Positions 26,874 through 31,059 of a DNA stretch of 31,059 bases are shown here, piece after piece. The stretch lies in the NCBI GenBank assembly GCA_964549305.1, contig CAZJVM010000032.1, forward strand, positions 1-31,059, given 5' to 3'. Within the stretch, counting starts at the first letter, position 1, and the number at the start of each line of letters is the position of its first letter. The notes below the pieces were generated by a model. That model had not been told where the DNA came from. It searched no databases and saw only the letters and a list, made by a program, of their open reading frames with translations. The position numbers were made by a program, and so were the translations under genes. Source of the stretch: an uncultured bacterium (lineage in GTDB: Bacteria; Schekmanbacteria; GWA2-38-11; J061).

Positions 26874-28196
26874 ATGGAACCAAACATCCTTATACAGGAC
26901 ATTAAACCACCGGAAAAAAATTTAGTAAAAACACCTGAATCCAGACCGGCAAGTAAGACCAATAGCTCTTACAATAATCAATCCAAAGCTCATACTGAGA
27001 AAAATGAAACTGACAAACCCGAAATCTCCGATTTTCAGAAAAAAATTAATGAAATTATGAAAACTAAAAAAAAGGAGTCGCCGGAAAAATCAGTAAGTGA
27101 GAGCGCTCCTGAAGTTGAAGACAATACAACAACAGAAAATGAAATGATAAGTGCCAACCTTGCTGTAAACAATATAGTTGATTTAACGCAGATTCAGAAA
27201 AATACTGACAATTCATCAGAAAATGCAACCGAAGAAGGAGTCGCGCGCATAGATACAAAAATTATCGCTTTTAGTACGGAAAATAAAATAGCAGCATCCG
27301 AAGAATTCAATAACCCGGAAAACACCGTAATCCCCATTGAAAGCGGCAAAGAACAAACTGATAACGCGCTTTTAATAGAGGCAATCAAAAATCAAACTAA
27401 GGAAAAACCGGAAATTTCGCAGAAAATCACCGAACCTGCCGAAACCGAACAGATTTTTACCACCAAAGAAACAAAACCTCCTGAAACAACAGTGGAAACA
27501 GCAACGGTCAGCGAAAAAGATTTTAAAGCGGAAAATAAACTTCTCCATGCACTTCTTAAAGATACTGAAAAAGCAGATACTAAAAACCTGTCAAAGTTTT
27601 TTGACGGAGGGAATGAAAAAGAAAGCTCCCACAAGGACACAAATGACGGAAAAATGCCTAAAGGGATAGAAGGGAAAAACACCGTTTCCAAAGGCAGTGA
27701 GTTTTCATTTCAACCATCGGGACGAATAGAAACAGGACACAACTCCGTTTCTCAAGACAAATCCCAAATCTATCAGTCAGTTTCACGGCAGATTGAAGAC
27801 TCTGTAAGCGCAGTGCTCTCATCAAACAAAAAAGAGATAAAAATCGATATGTCTCCTCCCGACCTCGGCAACATAAAGATTGAAGTCGTAACCCACAAAA
27901 ACAAGGAAGTGGCAATTACAATCATGGCAAAAGACTCCAATGTCAAATCTCTTTTAGATAATAACAAAAACGACCTCATCAATAATATGTCAGAAAAGGG
28001 AGTACTCGTGAAGGAATTCTCAGTATCCGTGGGAGGAAATAATAATCGGGATCAAAACTGGCGGAACAATTTTAAAGGGAAACAAACAAGAAATGCCGGC
28101 ATGGAAGATTCTGCAAAAAAGACAGAGAACGTAACTTCACCGGGAAACAGCAACTTATTCATATCTTTTGACGGCAAAGTTGATTTTTTTGCCTAA
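26874..28196 (+). CDS. fliK: Hook-length control protein FliK
   Basis: Long low-complexity Glu/Thr/Lys/Asn region, then IDMSPPDLGNIKIEV (Flg_hook domain). Start ATG 26874 lies 4 bp after the upstream stop; precedes flgD. Confidence 0.88.
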   Translation: MEPNILIQDIKPPEKNLVKTPESRPASKTNSSYNNQSKAHTEKNETDKPEISDFQKKINEIMKTKKKESPEKSVSESAPEVEDNTTTENEMISANLAVNNIVDLTQIQKNTDNSSENATEEGVARIDTKIIAFSTENKIAASEEFNNPENTVIPIESGKEQTDNALLIEAIKNQTKEKPEISQKITEPAETEQIFTTKETKPPETTVETATVSEKDFKAENKLLHALLKDTEKADTKNLSKFFDGGNEKESSHKDTNDGKMPKGIEGKNTVSKGSEFSFQPSGRIETGHNSVSQDKSQIYQSVSRQIEDSVSAVLSSNKKEIKIDMSPPDLGNIKIEVVTHKNKEVAITIMAKDSNVKSLLDNNKNDLINNMSEKGVLVKEFSVSVGGNNNRDQNWRNNFKGKQTRNAGMEDSAKKTENVTSPGNSNLFISFDGKVDFFA

Positions 28197-28220
28197 AGAA
28201 AAAAGGAAGGAGTATCCAAA

Positions 28221-28895
28221 ATGAATATTTCAGATTTACAAATGGCGCTTTCAAATTCTTCAACGGTTTCTAATCAGAATGCTGCGGCATCAGGGACAGA
28301 AAAAAGCCTCGGTAAGGATGCGTTCCTAAAAATGCTTCTTGCCCAGATTCAGTATCAGGACCCCCTCGAACCAATGGAGAATACGGAGTTTACCGCGCAA
28401 CTGGCTCAATTTTCCAGCCTTGAACAACTAAGCTCTCTCAATAAGGAATTCTCTTCACTTTCTTCTTCAATCAATTCGCAGAAAAACATTTCGTTTTCCA
28501 ATCTCGTTGGCAAAGAAGTGGAAGTCGCCGGTAACAAAGTCAATGTGGAAGGCGGTAATATTTCTCCGGTAAGCTTTGAATTAAAAGACAATGCGCGCAG
28601 TGTCGAAATAACCATTTCCAAGAATAACGGTCCTGTTGTAAGAAAAATTACTCTCGGAACAACCGAAGCGGGAAGGCATGACATAACCTGGGACGGTAAA
28701 AATTTTGAAAATCAGGCAGTTCCAGACGGGAAATACACATTTCGCGTAGCTGCTCTGGATAAAAACCATAATTCCGTAAACTCAACCACAATAATAAACG
28801 GAAATGTTGACGGCCTTACATTCAAAAACGGAACTCCATATCTTGAAATAAGCGGAATTAATGTAAGTCCGGAATACCTGCTTAAAGTTAAATAG
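28221..28895 (+). CDS. flgD: Hook cap protein FlgD
   Basis: FLKMLLAQIQYQDPLEPM, AQLAQFSSLEQ, WDGK..VPDGKY. Confidence 0.97.
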   Translation: MNISDLQMALSNSSTVSNQNAAASGTEKSLGKDAFLKMLLAQIQYQDPLEPMENTEFTAQLAQFSSLEQLSSLNKEFSSLSSSINSQKNISFSNLVGKEVEVAGNKVNVEGGNISPVSFELKDNARSVEITISKNNGPVVRKITLGTTEAGRHDITWDGKNFENQAVPDGKYTFRVAALDKNHNSVNSTTIINGNVDGLTFKNGTPYLEISGINVSPEYLLKVK

Positions 28896-28924
28896 AAAAT
28901 TCAAATAATAAAGGAGGATAAAAA

Positions 28925-30196
28925 ATGTTAAGTGCACTATTTGCAGGAATCAGCGGCTTGACAGCACATCAGAACGCCATTTCGGTAATTGGCAATAATA
29001 TTTCAAATGTCAACACCGTAGGCTTCAAAGCAAGTCGCTCATCGTTTTCAAATGTTTTAAGCCAAAGCATCATGGATGTGGGACAGATAGGGCGCGGAGT
29101 AAAACTGGCTGATGTAAGCAAGACATTTGCTCAGGGTTCATTTGAAAGCACTTCGAACGTAACCGACCTTGCCATTGACGGAAACGGTTTTTTCATCGTT
29201 GAAAACAGCAACGGCAGGTACTACACGAGAGCGGGGCAATTCAGTCTCAACAGCGACGGATTGCTCGTCACTTCAAATGACTCTAAAGTTCAGGGGTACA
29301 GCATCAATTCATCGGGCAGCAGAGACGGTTCTCTGGCCAACATCGATCTCTCATCGCCTTCATCCGCGCCTAAAGCGACAACAAAGGTTTCTCTTTCATT
29401 GAATCTCAATTCTGATGAAACAACACCTTCAACATTCAGTACAAGTGACCCTGACGGGACATCGAATTTTTCATCGGCAATAACGGTGTATGATTCACTG
29501 GGAAACGGCCATTTGACAACTGCCTATTTCAGGAAAAGCGCTTCAAATTCCTGGGAATGGCACACACTGGTCGACGGAGGAGACATTACGGGCGGAACAT
29601 CCGGAACTTTGCAGGAAGTTGCACAAGGCGCTCTGAACTTTAACGAATACGGCGCACTGGATACGGAATCAACCACTTCCTCGGATTTTGACTTCTCGGG
29701 AGGTGCCGCTCAAAATCAGTCTATTGCTTTTGACTTCGGAACAAGCATTACAACGGATTCTGGCACGGGGCTTGACGGTACAACTCAGTTTGCCGCAGCA
29801 TCGGCAACCAATTTTCAGGATCAGGACGGATATAGCTCAGGATCTCTGCAAAGTTTGTCGATAAACGGGGAAGGAGTACTGACAGGGCTTTTTTCAAACG
29901 GATCTACTAAAGATCTTTATCAGTTTGCCCTTTCAAACTTTAAAAACCCTAATGGTTTGACAAGTATGGGCGCAAATCTTTTTGCAGAAAGCAAGGATTC
30001 GGGACTTCCGATTCTCAGCGTCGGAAAATCATCGGGATTCGGAACTATAAATTCCGGAAGCCTTGAACTTTCGAATGTTGATCTATCGCAGGAGTTTGTC
30101 AATATGATAACGATTCAAAGAGGATTTCAGGCAAACTCTAAAATAATCATTGCCGGAGATGAAATGCTTCAGGATCTTGTTAACCTGAAGAGATAA
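28925..30196 (+). CDS. flgE: Hook protein FlgE
   Basis: GNNISNVNTVGFK, DLAIDGNGFF, YTRAGQF, VYDSLGNGH, LELSNVDLSQEF, QRGFQANSK. Confidence 0.97.
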   Translation: MLSALFAGISGLTAHQNAISVIGNNISNVNTVGFKASRSSFSNVLSQSIMDVGQIGRGVKLADVSKTFAQGSFESTSNVTDLAIDGNGFFIVENSNGRYYTRAGQFSLNSDGLLVTSNDSKVQGYSINSSGSRDGSLANIDLSSPSSAPKATTKVSLSLNLNSDETTPSTFSTSDPDGTSNFSSAITVYDSLGNGHLTTAYFRKSASNSWEWHTLVDGGDITGGTSGTLQEVAQGALNFNEYGALDTESTTSSDFDFSGGAAQNQSIAFDFGTSITTDSGTGLDGTTQFAAASATNFQDQDGYSSGSLQSLSINGEGVLTGLFSNGSTKDLYQFALSNFKNPNGLTSMGANLFAESKDSGLPILSVGKSSGFGTINSGSLELSNVDLSQEFVNMITIQRGFQANSKIIIAGDEMLQDLVNLKR

Positions 30197-30208
30197 TTTG
30201 CCTCCCCC

Positions 30209-30260
30209 GGGGTCCTGTTTTGCCTTTGGCGACAGGGCCCCACCCTCTATTTTTTCCTTT
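30209..30260 (+). terminator. GC-rich hairpin after flgE, probable terminator or 3' stabiliser
   Basis: GGGGTCCTGT (30209-30218) pairs with ACAGGGCCCC (30232-30241) with one G-U pair; inner GCC-TTT-GGC. The T-tract is displaced by about 8 nt. Confidence 0.6.
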
Positions 30261-30289
30261 TAAATGGCCTTCTTCAGCCCTTTTGATAC

Positions 30290-30323
30290 GTCATTAATTT
30301 GACTGGCAAAGCGGATTTTTGAC
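30290..30323. promoter_or_regulatory. Paired FleQ-type enhancer boxes upstream of fliL, 20 bp apart
   Basis: GTCATTAATTTGAC (30290-30303) is a perfect GTCA-N6-TGAC; AGCGGATTTTTGAC (30310-30323) keeps one half-site. Confidence 0.65.
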
Positions 30324-30397
30324 GAATAATTTCCTCCTGAAAACACCTTTTTACCGCTTTTGAAAAAAAGCATACACAAGAACCTCGTTCACGTAAA

Positions 30398-30410
30398 TAA
30401 CTCTTTGAAA
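30398..30410 (-). promoter_or_regulatory. Possible IHF site
   Basis: Minus strand TTTCAAAGAGTTA, one mismatch to WATCAANNNNTTR. Confidence 0.4.
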
Positions 30411-30467
30411 TAACGGTTTTTTTCTATTTCAAAAAAGTTTTCGAAAAACTTTAAAAGTTTAAAAACT

Positions 30468-30483
30468 TGGCACAAAGATTGCA
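30468..30483 (+). promoter_or_regulatory. Sigma54 -24/-12 promoter of the fliL operon
   Basis: TGGCACAAAGATTGCA. Confidence 0.93.
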
Positions 30484-30524
30484 TATGACAGATAGGTATA
30501 TTTTTAAAAAAGCGGAGGAATGTT

Positions 30525-31059
30525 ATGCCAGAAGAAACTAATGAATCAACAGAAACTAAAGAAACTGTTGCGGAAGCACCGCCGGCAAAGGAGGATACGG
30601 CGCCGAAGAAAAAATTTCCCATGAAAATGGTAATTATCATTGCAGTCGCCGTAATAGTAATCGCAGGAGGGGCAATCGGAGCAATAACCTTTTTCAAAGG
30701 CGATAAGGAAGCGGAAAGCGCCGAAGAAACGGCAGTAGTCGAAGAAAGTAATGAAAGTATGTCAATCGGCGTCCCCCTGGAAACATTCATTCTGAATCTT
30801 GCGGACAAAGACAGAAACAAATATCTGAAAATTTCAATGGAATTTCGCATCGCCTCTGAAGAGGTAAAAACTGAGATCGAGGAAAACATCTCAAAAATTA
30901 AAGACATCGTGGTCGTCTACCTTTCCGCAAAAACTTTTGATGACGTTAAATCCGTCGAAGGCAAACTTCAATTGAAGGCGGAAATTATGAAAAGGGTCAA
31001 CTCCGTGTTGAAAACAGGAAATGTTAAGGAAATTTACTTTACTGAATTTGTCGTCCAAT
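30525..31059 (+). CDS. fliL: Flagellar basal-body protein FliL (178 codons; presumed stop codon cut by the window edge)
   Basis: Translated by hand: MPEETNEST...KKKFPMKMVIIIAVAVIVIAGGAIGAITFF...LETFILNLAD...YLKI...EIYFTEFVVQ; GGAGG RBS. Confidence 0.95.
   Translation, partial: MPEETNESTETKETVAEAPPAKEDTAPKKKFPMKMVIIIAVAVIVIAGGAIGAITFFKGDKEAESAEETAVVEESNESMSIGVPLETFILNLADKDRNKYLKISMEFRIASEEVKTEIEENISKIKDIVVVYLSAKTFDDVKSVEGKLQLKAEIMKRVNSVLKTGNVKEIYFTEFVVQ

Noticed and set aside
30295-30370. Possible c-di-GMP-I riboswitch (GGCAAA) upstream of fliL
   Set aside because: No GAAA-tetraloop stem or GACGCAAAGC-type junction, and it lies upstream of the promoter. An Infernal search with RF01051 would settle it.
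30432-30468. Overlapping AT-rich palindromes (AAAGTTTTCGAAAAACTTT) before the fliL promoter
   Set aside because: Low complexity; more likely bendable DNA than a specific operator.
30389-30907. 172-aa minus-strand ORF
   Set aside because: Antisense shadow of fliL, which has clear motifs, an RBS and a promoter.

Overview
AT-rich bacterial chromosomal window with two parts. The left part (1-12.2 kb) is accessory: a REP-like palindrome cluster, a DUF2284-type Cys-rich protein, a TMTC-like GT-C/TPR glycosyltransferase, an unknown membrane protein, a Tat-signal IorAB-type molybdenum hydroxylase pair, an FMN split-barrel protein, two more GT-C-like membrane proteins and an SGNH-family protein. The right part (12.3-31 kb) is the start of a sigma54-controlled flagellar cluster: FleQ/FlrA-position activator, an antisense REC-SHOCT regulator, a secreted AMIN-TPR protein, a FleS/FleR-like pair, flgBC-fliEFGHIJ-motE/flbB-fliK-flgDE, then fliL (absent from the ORF track; its stop codon is cut by the window edge). 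Three -24/-12 promoters are readable, each with an IHF-like site. Two different paired enhancer motifs occur, which suggests a two-tier cascade. The best candidates for undescribed biology are the REC-SHOCT regulator, the AMIN-TPR protein (possible motor scaffold) and the cis-regulatory code. All family calls come from motif recognition by eye; no database search was run. The gene order is reminiscent of deltaproteobacterial/Nitrospira-like clusters, but taxonomy is not established.
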